DNA from: a virus
Taxonomy: Duplodnaviria > Heunggongvirae > Uroviricota > Caudoviricetes
Length of the DNA stretch: 27,433 nucleotides
Direction: 5' to 3' (one strand)
Virus record (IMG/VR): IMGVR_UViG_3300029042_000255
Part shown: positions 17,050 through 24,991 of the stretch, piece after piece
Numbering within the stretch: the first letter of the stretch is position 1
Layout: each line of letters starts with the position of its first letter
Notes under the pieces: model-generated
The model's database searches: none
Seen by the model: the letters and a program-made list of their open reading frames with translations, nothing else
What the model was told of the DNA's origin: nothing
Position numbers and translations under genes: made by a program

Positions 17050-18009
17050 TTACTCCTTGTCCATTGCGTACAGCCCATTAACCAGAGCAAATTGTGGCAC
17101 CCCGTCCGCGATGAAAGTCGCATTAACTCCGCAGGCTTCGCGGATAGCGGGTGCCACAATCTCCGCTCCTCCACCTACAACCATCACCCGCCCGTAACCC
17201 GAAAAACCCGCCAGCGCGCGGATCACGCGTTGTTTCAGTGTTTCCTCCTTTTCACGAATAACTGCCATCAGGCTGGCGTAATGCGTGTCATTGTGGATGT
17301 GCTGGCGCAGCCAGGCTTCATCGTGGCGATGTTCGATAATGGTATTGGCGATGTGGTGACTGGTGCGCATACCGTTGGTGGCCATCACCGACAGCACGGC
17401 ATCGGCCATCAGAGAAACGCCTACGTGTGGATCGCAAAACACCTGGCTGATACCTGCCAGTTGCCCCTGAACCTTTGCCACATCCAGCGTGGTTCCGCCC
17501 AAATCCACAATCAGCAGGGATTCAAACGGACTCATGTCAGCCAGTGCTTTAAAGCCAGCCGGAATGGATTCAGGCATAACCCGCACGTTACGGATAGTGA
17601 ATGTCTCGCCGTTCTGGTACTCCACCGGGCGCATAACGTTCGCTTTTTTGCGGTTGATGTTGGCCATGTCCGGCTGTGCGTTTGTGTCGAAATACTCGCT
17701 CAGTGGCAGGGTGACAACCACATCCACCTCCTGTGGCGTGATGCCTGATTTGACCAGCGCGTGATGAATGGCAATGACATTCACATCGCTGTACTGGTAT
17801 TGCGTGTCGGTCGTCTGGACAAAGCGATCGCTGACCGGATCAAAACCATAGCGCACACCATCAAGCATGTAGTTCGCGGGCTGCGTGCCACCGAACGGCG
17901 CAGACCATTCCGACTTGAAGCTGTTCGGGCTGATGGCGTTGCGGCGTTCGCCGTTCTCAGTCCATGCCAGCTTGATGTTGGTGGAGCCGTCATCGATACA
18001 AATTTTCAT
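17050..18009 (-). CDS. parM: ParM/StbA-like actin-type ATPase (type II plasmid partition)
   Basis: 319 aa. Multiple blocks shared with R1 ParM: MKICIDDGSTNIKLAW, SPNSFK.EW, YSDVNV.AIHHAL, ERKKAN, TFTI.NV.VMPESIPAG, LIVDLGGTTLD, VMVVGGGAE, LVNGLY. Confidence 0.8.
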   Translation of the reverse strand: MKICIDDGSTNIKLAWTENGERRNAISPNSFKSEWSAPFGGTQPANYMLDGVRYGFDPVSDRFVQTTDTQYQYSDVNVIAIHHALVKSGITPQEVDVVVTLPLSEYFDTNAQPDMANINRKKANVMRPVEYQNGETFTIRNVRVMPESIPAGFKALADMSPFESLLIVDLGGTTLDVAKVQGQLAGISQVFCDPHVGVSLMADAVLSVMATNGMRTSHHIANTIIEHRHDEAWLRQHIHNDTHYASLMAVIREKEETLKQRVIRALAGFSGYGRVMVVGGGAEIVAPAIREACGVNATFIADGVPQFALVNGLYAMDKE

Positions 18010-18040
18010 GTCGCTTTTCCTTATGTTGATTAATTAATCG

Positions 18041-18152
18041 TTTACGGGATTCTGAAATCCCGTTTTTGCCTGTTTTATGCGCGCTTCATATATAGCGGCG
18101 CGTTTTTTGCTCATTTACGGGATTTGTGAATCCCGTTTTTGTCTGTTTTTTG
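18041..18152. repeat. two ~39-bp direct repeats, each with an 8-bp-stem hairpin (ACGGGATT-N4-AATCCCGT) plus T-tract, flanking a third imperfect hairpin; candidate parC centromere/promoter or ori element
   Basis: Unit 1 at 18041-18079 and unit 2 at 18114-18152 are about 34/39 identical. Unit 2 and part of the middle hairpin lie inside the last ~22 codons of the gpA-like ORF. Confidence 0.5.
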
Positions 18153-20926
18153 TTTCCACTGGTCAGGCCACCCCGCAGCAGGTCTGCTTTGCGGCGGGCG
18201 CGTTCAGTTGTTTCACTGATTCTCTGTTCGTGCTCTGCGTCGCGGATGGCGCGCAGCATGTCAGAAAGTACGGTAACGGGTGTTTTCATGGTGTTCTGGT
18301 CCTGCTGAAGTGTGGATGCCAGGCGTGCGGCGGCTTCGGGGTCTGATTCCCCCAGCTGTGCCAGATAGCTGGCGACCGGGTTATGGCGGATCTCCGTGCT
18401 GCTTACGCCGTGATTACGGCTCAGGCGCTGCCAGAGCTGCGTGATTCGGCTGTCCGGGCGGGTATCCGGTTTGCGTACAATTTCAAATCCCTGCGGTGCA
18501 ATGATGCTGCCGTCAACGCACAGACTGCCGCCCCGTAACAGGTGCTGCATCTGTTGTTCACCGATATGCAGGCCGAGAGATTCAGCAGACTCCCGCCATT
18601 CTTTAGCGAGTAATTCGTGGTTATCAGGCAAAGGCCGCTGCTGTTTGCGGCTCTGTGTCCAGCTCTGCATTTCATCACTGCTGTTTTTTGCCTGTTTGTC
18701 ACGAAGCGAACGCATCAGCGCCCGGCGTTCGTGCCGTTTCAGTGAGCGCATCCATTCGTTCACTTCAACGCCGTCAGGGAGCTGCGGCCACGGTGCTGGC
18801 CGTTCTTCCGGCTGTTCTGTCCCGTTGTTGTCCGTTTCCTGTACACGGGGACAGTTATTGCCACGAGTCCAAGGGGCGGCAGGGCCGCCCTGAAGGTCAA
18901 AACCATTTTCGCGGGCGCTGTCTTCCGCTTCCGGTTTGCGTCTTACCAGCTTCCAGTTATCCGGATGCGTGCATACGCGGGAAGACTCCCCAATGAGCGG
19001 CGACCAGATCCCGTAAATCTGTACGCTCTGTTCACCGTAATCGTTCAGCTCATCTGCGAGGTCGTAGGCGGTGCGAATCAGGTAGTCTTTGCGTGGAACA
19101 AGTACGCCACCCTGTTTCTCAATGTAGGTGGCAAAACATCCGGCATCAGCGGCAGCGAGTACCGCGTCCATTGCGTCATCCTTCAGCCGTTGCGGGCCTT
19201 CCGGGTTGCGTGCCATCTGGCTGGCAAGGCGGCGCAGTTCACGCCACACCTGACGGGAGGGGATACCAAAGAACTGGAACTGGCGGACCCGGTGAAGGCG
19301 CGCCCAGCCGATGGCGCGTTCCACGCTCTCGGCCATTGATTTTCCGGTTTCGTGGTCAACGCGTGGCTTGCCCGTTTTCGGGTCGATGCCATCCACGGCG
19401 CGGCTGTCCAGGTTCTTTCCGATGTAGGTGGCGATGTAGCTGGTTGGTGTGCCTTTTGAGCCGTCTACGTACTCCGCCTTAAAACGCGGAGTTATGTCAT
19501 CGCCCAGCTCGTGGCGGTCTTCCTGAATGGCAATATCGCAGACGTGGGACACGATGGTTTCAATCTCGTCCGGATGTGCAAAGACCATCATATGCCAGTG
19601 CACAGTGCCGTCATGGTGAGGCTCCACCGTGCGGATGCCATACCAGCGCAGACCGTCGCGGTTCAGTTTTTTGCGGACCGCCGCAAAAAACGTGTTAACC
19701 AGGTAATCGCTGGAGTCGCGCATGGTGGCCCCGTTCCATTTGGGGTTCGGATGACCGTTCTCCGTTGTTGCGTGGTATTTTGACGGGCAGGTGACAGTCA
19801 GAAACACCGCTCTGTCGCCACGGGCTTCGGCCAGAAGTTCCAGTCCCTTCATGGTGGCCATCATTTCTGCCTTACGGTGAACCGGGTTACTTACTCCCGC
19901 GTAATACACCGTCTCGAGATCAATCGTGAACCCGTCTTCATTTTCCAGCATGAAACTTTTCAGAAAATCGCGTGTTTTCTCGCGCTGTGCGCGAAACTCG
20001 CTTAACGCGTCCTGGCTCAGATAGGGTGATGTTTTTCTGGAAACCAGACAGGCGGCACGGAGTTGTTCTTCCCGCCACTCGCAACGTAAAAGCCACAGTT
20101 TGTGTTTCCACCATTCCGCACAGGTCAGGCGAAGGATGGCACCCGGCAGCAGCTCCGTATTCGGTGCGTTCTTCCGGTCTTTGTCCGTTCTCAGTGCTTC
20201 GTAATGCGGCGGCATGGTGTGCAGATGTAACGCCATGCGGGCCAGCATCTGATACGCCTTCAGCGCAATTTTCATGGTCAGCTCGCCATCGGTCGCGCCA
20301 AAGTTATCGCAGAGTGTTTCAAAAGTGCTGCTGAACATCGCCGCCGTCATGGTGGCCAGCGTCTGTATCTGGTGTTTGTTGAGCTGCGGCAGGTAAAGCA
20401 AATCGTCCAGGCGTTCGCGTCCGGCAAGGGAGCAATAACACGGTGTCAGCCAGCGTCCGTCAGTGCGTTTCAGACGTTTGAATATTTTGAGCAGGGTTCC
20501 TTGTGCATAGCGTTCTGCCAGCCTGGCGTTTTTTCCTTTCTGGCGGTCAGATTCCTGCTTCTTACGTAAAAAAGAGAGGCGGCGGCTCAGGGGGTCTCGC
20601 AGATAAACGGGAAGTGCCTTCAGTTCGGCAAAGGCGCAGGCCACCGGGTCTTGCTTTATTTCCTGGCGCTTACTGATGATGTTTTTTATCAGTTTTTCGC
20701 GTTGCCCGGCTTCCTCAAGGGATGCCATGAGTTTTTTACCCATGGCGGATTGTGCGAAAAAGGCTTCTTCCTTCGCATCCTGTTCTTCCTGAGCCTTTTT
20801 GTCCGCCTCATAGTAGTAACGAATGGCGCGTTGCAGTCCGGTTTTTGGCAACTGGCTGAAGTTCGCGAAGTCGTCCGGATCAATAGCTGGCTGCGGTTCA
20901 TTCCAGCTCCATGCAAACTCACTCAT
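18086..20926 (-). CDS. A: replication initiation protein, P2 gpA-like HUH rolling-circle endonuclease
   Basis: 946 aa from ATG at 20926, which overlaps the stop of the upstream gene (ATGA). HUH motif (VHWHMMVFAHPDE) and paired-tyrosine motif (SYIATYIGKNLD). Confidence 0.75.
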   Translation of the reverse strand: MSEFAWSWNEPQPAIDPDDFANFSQLPKTGLQRAIRYYYEADKKAQEEQDAKEEAFFAQSAMGKKLMASLEEAGQREKLIKNIISKRQEIKQDPVACAFAELKALPVYLRDPLSRRLSFLRKKQESDRQKGKNARLAERYAQGTLLKIFKRLKRTDGRWLTPCYCSLAGRERLDDLLYLPQLNKHQIQTLATMTAAMFSSTFETLCDNFGATDGELTMKIALKAYQMLARMALHLHTMPPHYEALRTDKDRKNAPNTELLPGAILRLTCAEWWKHKLWLLRCEWREEQLRAACLVSRKTSPYLSQDALSEFRAQREKTRDFLKSFMLENEDGFTIDLETVYYAGVSNPVHRKAEMMATMKGLELLAEARGDRAVFLTVTCPSKYHATTENGHPNPKWNGATMRDSSDYLVNTFFAAVRKKLNRDGLRWYGIRTVEPHHDGTVHWHMMVFAHPDEIETIVSHVCDIAIQEDRHELGDDITPRFKAEYVDGSKGTPTSYIATYIGKNLDSRAVDGIDPKTGKPRVDHETGKSMAESVERAIGWARLHRVRQFQFFGIPSRQVWRELRRLASQMARNPEGPQRLKDDAMDAVLAAADAGCFATYIEKQGGVLVPRKDYLIRTAYDLADELNDYGEQSVQIYGIWSPLIGESSRVCTHPDNWKLVRRKPEAEDSARENGFDLQGGPAAPWTRGNNCPRVQETDNNGTEQPEERPAPWPQLPDGVEVNEWMRSLKRHERRALMRSLRDKQAKNSSDEMQSWTQSRKQQRPLPDNHELLAKEWRESAESLGLHIGEQQMQHLLRGGSLCVDGSIIAPQGFEIVRKPDTRPDSRITQLWQRLSRNHGVSSTEIRHNPVASYLAQLGESDPEAAARLASTLQQDQNTMKTPVTVLSDMLRAIRDAEHEQRISETTERARRKADLLRGGLTSGNKKQTKTGFTNPVNEQKTRRYI

Positions 20927-21312
20927 GGCTGGTATCCCGTCACGCGCTGCCACTCCTGCGAGAAGATGACGGAAAGGCGGTTAAATTCAGTGGTGTATTC
21001 ACTCAGCGAGGCACACCCGCCAGCGGTACGATGCGCCAGCATTGCCGCAAATACGGAGGCCGGGGAGTTGTAATACGCCAGCAGGGAGTCGCCGTGTGGT
21101 GTCAGGGTGTACAGGGCCAGACCTTGTGGCGTGAAAGCTACGCGGTAACAGTCGTCCACGGTGAAATAAAGGGTGTCTGCGTTCTCCGGTTTTGTGGTGC
21201 GTGCCCGGCTGGCGCGGGCACGGAGATAAAAATCAAACATTGCCTGAAGTTTTGGGGCCAGACGGGTGTCCTGTGTGCGCACCCATTTTACGAAGTCGTG
21301 ACGGTCAATCAT
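20923..21312 (-). CDS. hypothetical protein, 129 aa
   Basis: ATG with AAGAGA SD; stop overlaps the gpA-like start. Confidence 0.5.
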   Translation of the reverse strand: MIDRHDFVKWVRTQDTRLAPKLQAMFDFYLRARASRARTTKPENADTLYFTVDDCYRVAFTPQGLALYTLTPHGDSLLAYYNSPASVFAAMLAHRTAGGCASLSEYTTEFNRLSVIFSQEWQRVTGYQP

Positions 21313-21384
21313 GCTGCAATTCTCTTTACTACAGATGTGCGAAGGCCTCCCGCCGCAAGGTGCAGGAAAGGCCCGGAACAGGAA

Positions 21385-21615
21385 TTAATGGAGTTTGTTT
21401 TGCTGCTGGATGAGATCCTGAAGAGACAGGAGGTCTTCCGCCAGATAGCTGAATACAGCGGCGCAGTAGTCGGCTGAAATAGTGCTGTTGAGTCTGTGCA
21501 ATGTGTTGGATTGCATGATAAAGGCGATGTGTGCAGCGCGGGTGAGTCTGCGATCGATTTCAGTCTGGATGTGACGACGCTCCGCGATAGCGCGGTGCTG
21601 TTTGCGGTTTGCCAT
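21385..21615 (-). CDS. hypothetical small basic protein, 76 aa (possible DNA-binding)
   Basis: ATG at 21615 with AAGAGG SD 7 nt upstream. Basic N-terminus (RKQHRAIAERRHIQTEIDRR). First ORF after a long non-coding region. Confidence 0.45.
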   Translation of the reverse strand: MANRKQHRAIAERRHIQTEIDRRLTRAAHIAFIMQSNTLHRLNSTISADYCAAVFSYLAEDLLSLQDLIQQQNKLH

Positions 21616-21794
21616 GGTGTGGCCTCTTTGCTAGTAAGTTTTGAAAACTCACCATCCAGAGCTGCGAAACTGTGGGTGGCGAGACGTACGAGGTTCGCAG
21701 TACCGGCTAGCAAAGAACCCGGCCCGACCGAAGTCGGCCCCGTACGCCCCGCCATAATTCGTGTGCGAAAAAGACGTGGCAATACAGTACGCAC

Positions 21795-21815
21795 AAAAAA
21801 ACCGCTGGCGCGGTT
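21795..21815 (-). terminator. intrinsic terminator for minus-strand transcription (stem AACCGC-GCCA-GCGGTT followed by T8)
   Basis: Plus strand reads AAAAAAAACCGCTGGCGCGGTT; on the minus strand the stem is followed by the U-tract. Confidence 0.6.
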
Positions 21816-21952
21816 GTGCGCTTTGCTAGTCAGCAGGCTGCGAAACCCGGCACCCGTTTTATGAGGTGCAGCGGAAATGTAACCTGACTGATTGCGGCAT
21901 GGCAAGCGGTTTTTTTGTGAGAACGGCATGCTAAAAAAATCCTGATACTGCT

Positions 21953-21977
21953 CCGGCCAGCGATTTTCACTGGCCGG
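21953..21977 (-). promoter_or_regulatory. GC-rich 8-bp hairpin (CCGGCCAG-N9-CTGGCCGG) 7 nt downstream of the SPFH gene stop
   Basis: Perfect inverted repeat read directly. A T7 run follows about 14 nt further on the minus strand, so not a canonical terminator. Confidence 0.4.
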
Positions 21978-21983
21978 GTTTAA

Positions 21984-22814
21984 TTACTTCACCGGAACAA
22001 ACGGAACAGCGGTATTGCTGGTCATGTATTGCGGTAGCGTGCCGTTCCATTTGTTGATTGCTTCCAGCTCCATAACGCCGGGATTCTGGCGCAGAGCTTC
22101 ACCGCGTAAACGAATGGCGTCGGCTTCAGCCTGGGCTTTTGTGCGAATGGCATCAGCCTGTCCGGCAGCTTCTGCGCGCAGCATGTTGGCTTCTGCTTCG
22201 CGTTGCTTGACTTCCTGTTCGCGTTGCAGGGTTTTCTGGTTTGCCGTGACTTTGGCGTTAATGCTGTCGATAACGGTTGGCGGATATTCCGGTTTACCGA
22301 CATAAGAGAGGCTCATGACCTGAATGCCGATGGGGGTCATCTCTTCTTGAATATCTTTAAGTGCTGAATCCAGCAGTTCAGACTTACCACCGTCGATAAA
22401 CTTATCGGTGGTCATTTTGCTGGCCAGTCGGTTGAGTGCATCGGCGATCTTCTGGCGCAGGTCAGTGTCGGTAATGTCATCCACGCCTTTGCGGTAGGTC
22501 TGAAACACTGTGGTAACTTTGGATGGATCAACCTTGTAGGCCACACCGATGTGATAGCCGATGGTTGTGCCGTCACTCATCTGAAAGCTGAACGGCTCAT
22601 CGTAGGTCTTCATTTGTTTGAAGGTCGGGAAGATGTAAACCTCGGTATTCCAGCCTGTCCAGTAGCGGCCAACGCCAACCACTTCACCGACGCCTTTATC
22701 GTCGCCCAGTTTGTTGACTTTGATGCCCACATTACCTGGTTCAACGCGATCGCAACCAACCAGCAGGATGGCGGCAAAAAGCGGGATAATCTGAAAGAGT
22801 TTGAATTTCTTCAT
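21984..22814 (-). CDS. SPFH/band-7 (HflC/stomatin-like) lipoprotein
   Basis: 276 aa. N-terminal signal peptide with lipobox (FAAILLVGC). C-terminal coiled-coil rich in RAEAAGQADAIRTKAQAEADAIR, typical of HflK/C-type SPFH proteins. ATG overlaps the upstream stop (ATGA). Confidence 0.6.
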   Translation of the reverse strand: MKKFKLFQIIPLFAAILLVGCDRVEPGNVGIKVNKLGDDKGVGEVVGVGRYWTGWNTEVYIFPTFKQMKTYDEPFSFQMSDGTTIGYHIGVAYKVDPSKVTTVFQTYRKGVDDITDTDLRQKIADALNRLASKMTTDKFIDGGKSELLDSALKDIQEEMTPIGIQVMSLSYVGKPEYPPTVIDSINAKVTANQKTLQREQEVKQREAEANMLRAEAAGQADAIRTKAQAEADAIRLRGEALRQNPGVMELEAINKWNGTLPQYMTSNTAVPFVPVK

Positions 22815-23014
22815 TGTTTGATTTCCTTGATGTACTTACTGAAAAGGCGAACAACGCCTGCCGGGTACAGCATGGCAATGAAAATGCCCAGCAATACCAG
22901 GAAGGAGCTGTCTGATGAAATCATTCGGGGGAGTAGTCCTGCATACAGAATGAGAGAAAAGAGGGCGCATACCAGCGCCCACATGTATGCGCGAAACCAG
23001 GTCCTTTCGTTCAT
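22811..23014 (-). CDS. small two-helix inner-membrane protein, coupled to the SPFH lipoprotein (NfeD/YqiJ-like partner by position)
   Basis: 67 aa with two hydrophobic helices (WALVCALFSLILYAGLL; FLVLLGIFIAMLYPAGVV). ATGA overlaps at both ends. Confidence 0.5.
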   Translation of the reverse strand: MNERTWFRAYMWALVCALFSLILYAGLLPRMISSDSSFLVLLGIFIAMLYPAGVVRLFSKYIKEIKQ

Positions 23015-23229
23015 GTCGGTTGCTCTCTTTTGTTATTCAGGAAAAAGTCAAAAACGTTATCGATGCGCATCATGAGTTCGCGCTGCATCGCTTCTGGTGT
23101 TTCTGGTTCGCCAGGTGATCCAAACCCAGCGAAGAAATCACCGATCTCGCTTTGAATGAGTTCCTTTAGTGTTGGCGGGGAGCTCAGGCGTGTGCGGCGA
23201 TGTCTGCGTGTAATTCTCCTTCTGTTCAT
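23011..23229 (-). CDS. hypothetical protein, 72 aa, Arg-rich N-terminus
   Basis: MNRRRITRRHRRTR...; AGGAG SD 9 nt upstream of ATG. Confidence 0.45.
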   Translation of the reverse strand: MNRRRITRRHRRTRLSSPPTLKELIQSEIGDFFAGFGSPGEPETPEAMQRELMMRIDNVFDFFLNNKREQPT

Positions 23230-23344
23230 CCGTGTGACTCCTGTACCTGTCGGACAGGGCTCACACGGAATGGCAGTGATTTTTGGGTAGACATTCTTTG
23301 TACGGCAGTCGTCAGTTCGCGTGGTTCCTGGTGGTTGATGGTGC

Positions 23345-23611
23345 TCATGCTCTGGCTTCCTTCAGTAGCTGGTTAAACATGTGGGTTAGTGGGTTGCCAC
23401 ACCCGAACGGCATCGGGTTTACGTGGTAAGAAGCCCGGCCTCCAGTTTTGCGAGCGCGACCACCTGTGCTGCGGTTTGTTTTGATGACTAAGCCGCCGCG
23501 CCAAAGTTGGCGTAACTCAGCATTAATGGCTGTGGTTGGAGTATTCAGTGCTGCGGCGATCTCTCCGCCGCTACAACCCGGATGAGTAGCGATGTAGTCC
23601 AGAATGGTCAT
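23345..23611 (-). CDS. small winged-helix DNA-binding protein
   Basis: 88 aa; ILDYIATHPGCSGGEIAAAL...LRQLWRGGLV reads as a winged-helix HTH. ATG immediately follows the upstream stop. Confidence 0.5.
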   Translation of the reverse strand: MTILDYIATHPGCSGGEIAAALNTPTTAINAELRQLWRGGLVIKTNRSTGGRARKTGGRASYHVNPMPFGCGNPLTHMFNQLLKEARA

Positions 23612-23811
23612 CTGCGTGGCTCCTGTACCTGTCGGATAAGATTCACCCGCGCCACGTTGGTGGCGCAGAAGTAAGTGCCGTCAGTGAGGTAGATGTGGTG
23701 TGCATCCTTTTCCGAACGATGTTTGTCGATAGTGGTAATCAGGCGTTCGTCGACCTCGTATTCGCGCCCTCTGGAGGTAAAGCGAACGACGGGAAAATGC
23801 TTAATTGCCAT
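23608..23811 (-). CDS. hypothetical protein, 67 aa
   Basis: ATG with AGGGGG SD; its last ~9 codons are duplicated in the intergenic region at 23233-23260. Confidence 0.45.
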   Translation of the reverse strand: MAIKHFPVVRFTSRGREYEVDERLITTIDKHRSEKDAHHIYLTDGTYFCATNVARVNLIRQVQEPRR

Positions 23812-23834
23812 TGCACCCCCTTTGTCCAGTAACC

Positions 23835-24245
23835 CTATGCGTTAAATACGGTGTGTCGGGCGTCATCAATGAATGCAACTTGAGAGCGCTCTATCAGGCG
23901 GAGATTTGTCAGAAGCGCTGATTCCCTTATGGGGTGAGGAGTGATCAGGTATTTGTTCTGTAATCCGGCGATAATGGTGTATCGCTGTGGCTCCGAGCCA
24001 ATAGTGTAAATAAGGCGTCCGGTGTCAGATAAATCCAGTCCGGTGACTGGTTTAGTTTTGAGAAGCGCAAGTTCCACACCCTGTTCTTCGATGATTTTGG
24101 CAGCTTCTGCCGTGACTTTTGCGACTATCATTGTGTGGGTTGCGACGTCCATGTGAGCATTGGCCACGGCTTTTTTCGCTACTTCGCTTTCCATCTTTGA
24201 AATTTCTTTCAGTGCTCTGATGATACCTTCTTCTTTTGCGTGCAT
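23835..24245 (-). CDS. hypothetical protein, 136 aa
   Basis: ORF with GGAG SD about 9 nt upstream; preceded by a 96-bp AT-rich gap. Confidence 0.45.
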   Translation of the reverse strand: MHAKEEGIIRALKEISKMESEVAKKAVANAHMDVATHTMIVAKVTAEAAKIIEEQGVELALLKTKPVTGLDLSDTGRLIYTIGSEPQRYTIIAGLQNKYLITPHPIRESALLTNLRLIERSQVAFIDDARHTVFNA

Positions 24246-24341
24246 TTTTGTATCTCCGTTATTTTCGTGTGCGAATACCTCCGTTAATACGGATGGTTTT
24301 CACGTTTTCTTATTTAATTTGATGTTTTATTTGTATCGTTA

Positions 24342-24452
24342 TTCACCAGTGAAAAAGCGTTCAATCTTTTTTACTGAATGAATAATTCGCATAATCCCAA
24401 TAGCGCAGGCCACCGAAATAATCAGAACAAGCCATGAGATAAATATACTCAT
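24342..24452 (-). CDS. 37-aa hydrophobic single-pass membrane peptide
   Basis: Hand-translated MSIFISWLVLIISVACAIGIMRIIHSVKKIERFFTGE. ATG overlaps the TGA of the upstream 80-aa gene (ATGA). Not in the ORF track (below cutoff). Confidence 0.4.
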
Positions 24453-24691
24453 GCAATATTCCCCAGTTTATATGGCTCAATATGGTCCCCGTTTTCTGCG
24501 GCGCAGACGAGTATGGAAAGCTCGTCGAGCGCGTCCGGGTCGTCAATGTAAAAAGCTGTGTCGTATATACTCTTGATGGCCCTGGTCAATGACTCTCGGG
24601 CTGCGAGCTCAGCATGAGTGCCTGATGCGCTTATGCGAAAATGAAAGCGCTCAAGTGCTTTATTGACGAGAGTTTTGTATTCCTGGTCCAT
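24449..24691 (-). CDS. hypothetical protein, 80 aa
   Basis: ATG with AAGGA SD 7 nt upstream. Confidence 0.45.
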   Translation of the reverse strand: MDQEYKTLVNKALERFHFRISASGTHAELAARESLTRAIKSIYDTAFYIDDPDALDELSILVCAAENGDHIEPYKLGNIA

Positions 24692-24702
24692 TGCAACGTC
24701 CT

Positions 24703-24981
24703 TTAATCTGCCTTCTGGATTTCTGCTTTTGAATCCATGCAGATAATTTCGATGTATGGTTCATCGCTATTAATCTGACGTGCCTTTTCAGCTTCGCTAA
24801 TGGCTTCACGTACAGTCTGGTACGGAAGCTCCACGATCAGTTGCGCGTTGTTCGCATAAACGTGAGTAACTGCTTTTTTTTCTGCCTGGGCTACAGCATC
24901 AATAGCTGATGCACGTAATAACAGTTCACCGCGAAAATCAATAAAACGGATAAATACACCTTGTGCATACTCTTTGGTCAT
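24703..24981 (-). CDS. hypothetical protein, 92 aa
   Basis: ATG with AGGTG SD. Confidence 0.45.
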   Translation of the reverse strand: MTKEYAQGVFIRFIDFRGELLLRASAIDAVAQAEKKAVTHVYANNAQLIVELPYQTVREAISEAEKARQINSDEPYIEIICMDSKAEIQKAD

Positions 24982-24991
24982 AAATCACCTG

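Noticed and set aside
21680-21720. Possible tRNA-like element (GGTTCGCAG resembles a T-loop)
   Set aside because: Could not build a convincing cloverleaf (acceptor stem, anticodon arm) by eye; more likely part of the larger inverted-repeat structure. Needs a tRNA or covariance-model scan.
21309-21929. 206-aa minus-strand ORF spanning the non-coding region
   Set aside because: Low-complexity S/T/R-rich translation with no SD, overlapping the well-supported orf76 in another frame and running through a terminator; treated as non-coding.
23241-23258. Possible LexA (SOS) box, CTGT...ACAG, in the early-operon intergenic gap
   Set aside because: Spacing is CTG-N11-CAG, not the canonical CTG-N10-CAG, and the centre is GC-rich where LexA boxes are AT-rich.
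24246-24341. AT-rich 96-bp gap with a CTCCGTTA direct repeat as a possible internal promoter
   Set aside because: No convincing -35/-10 pair found by eye; the repeat is partly explained by the RBS of the 136-aa gene.
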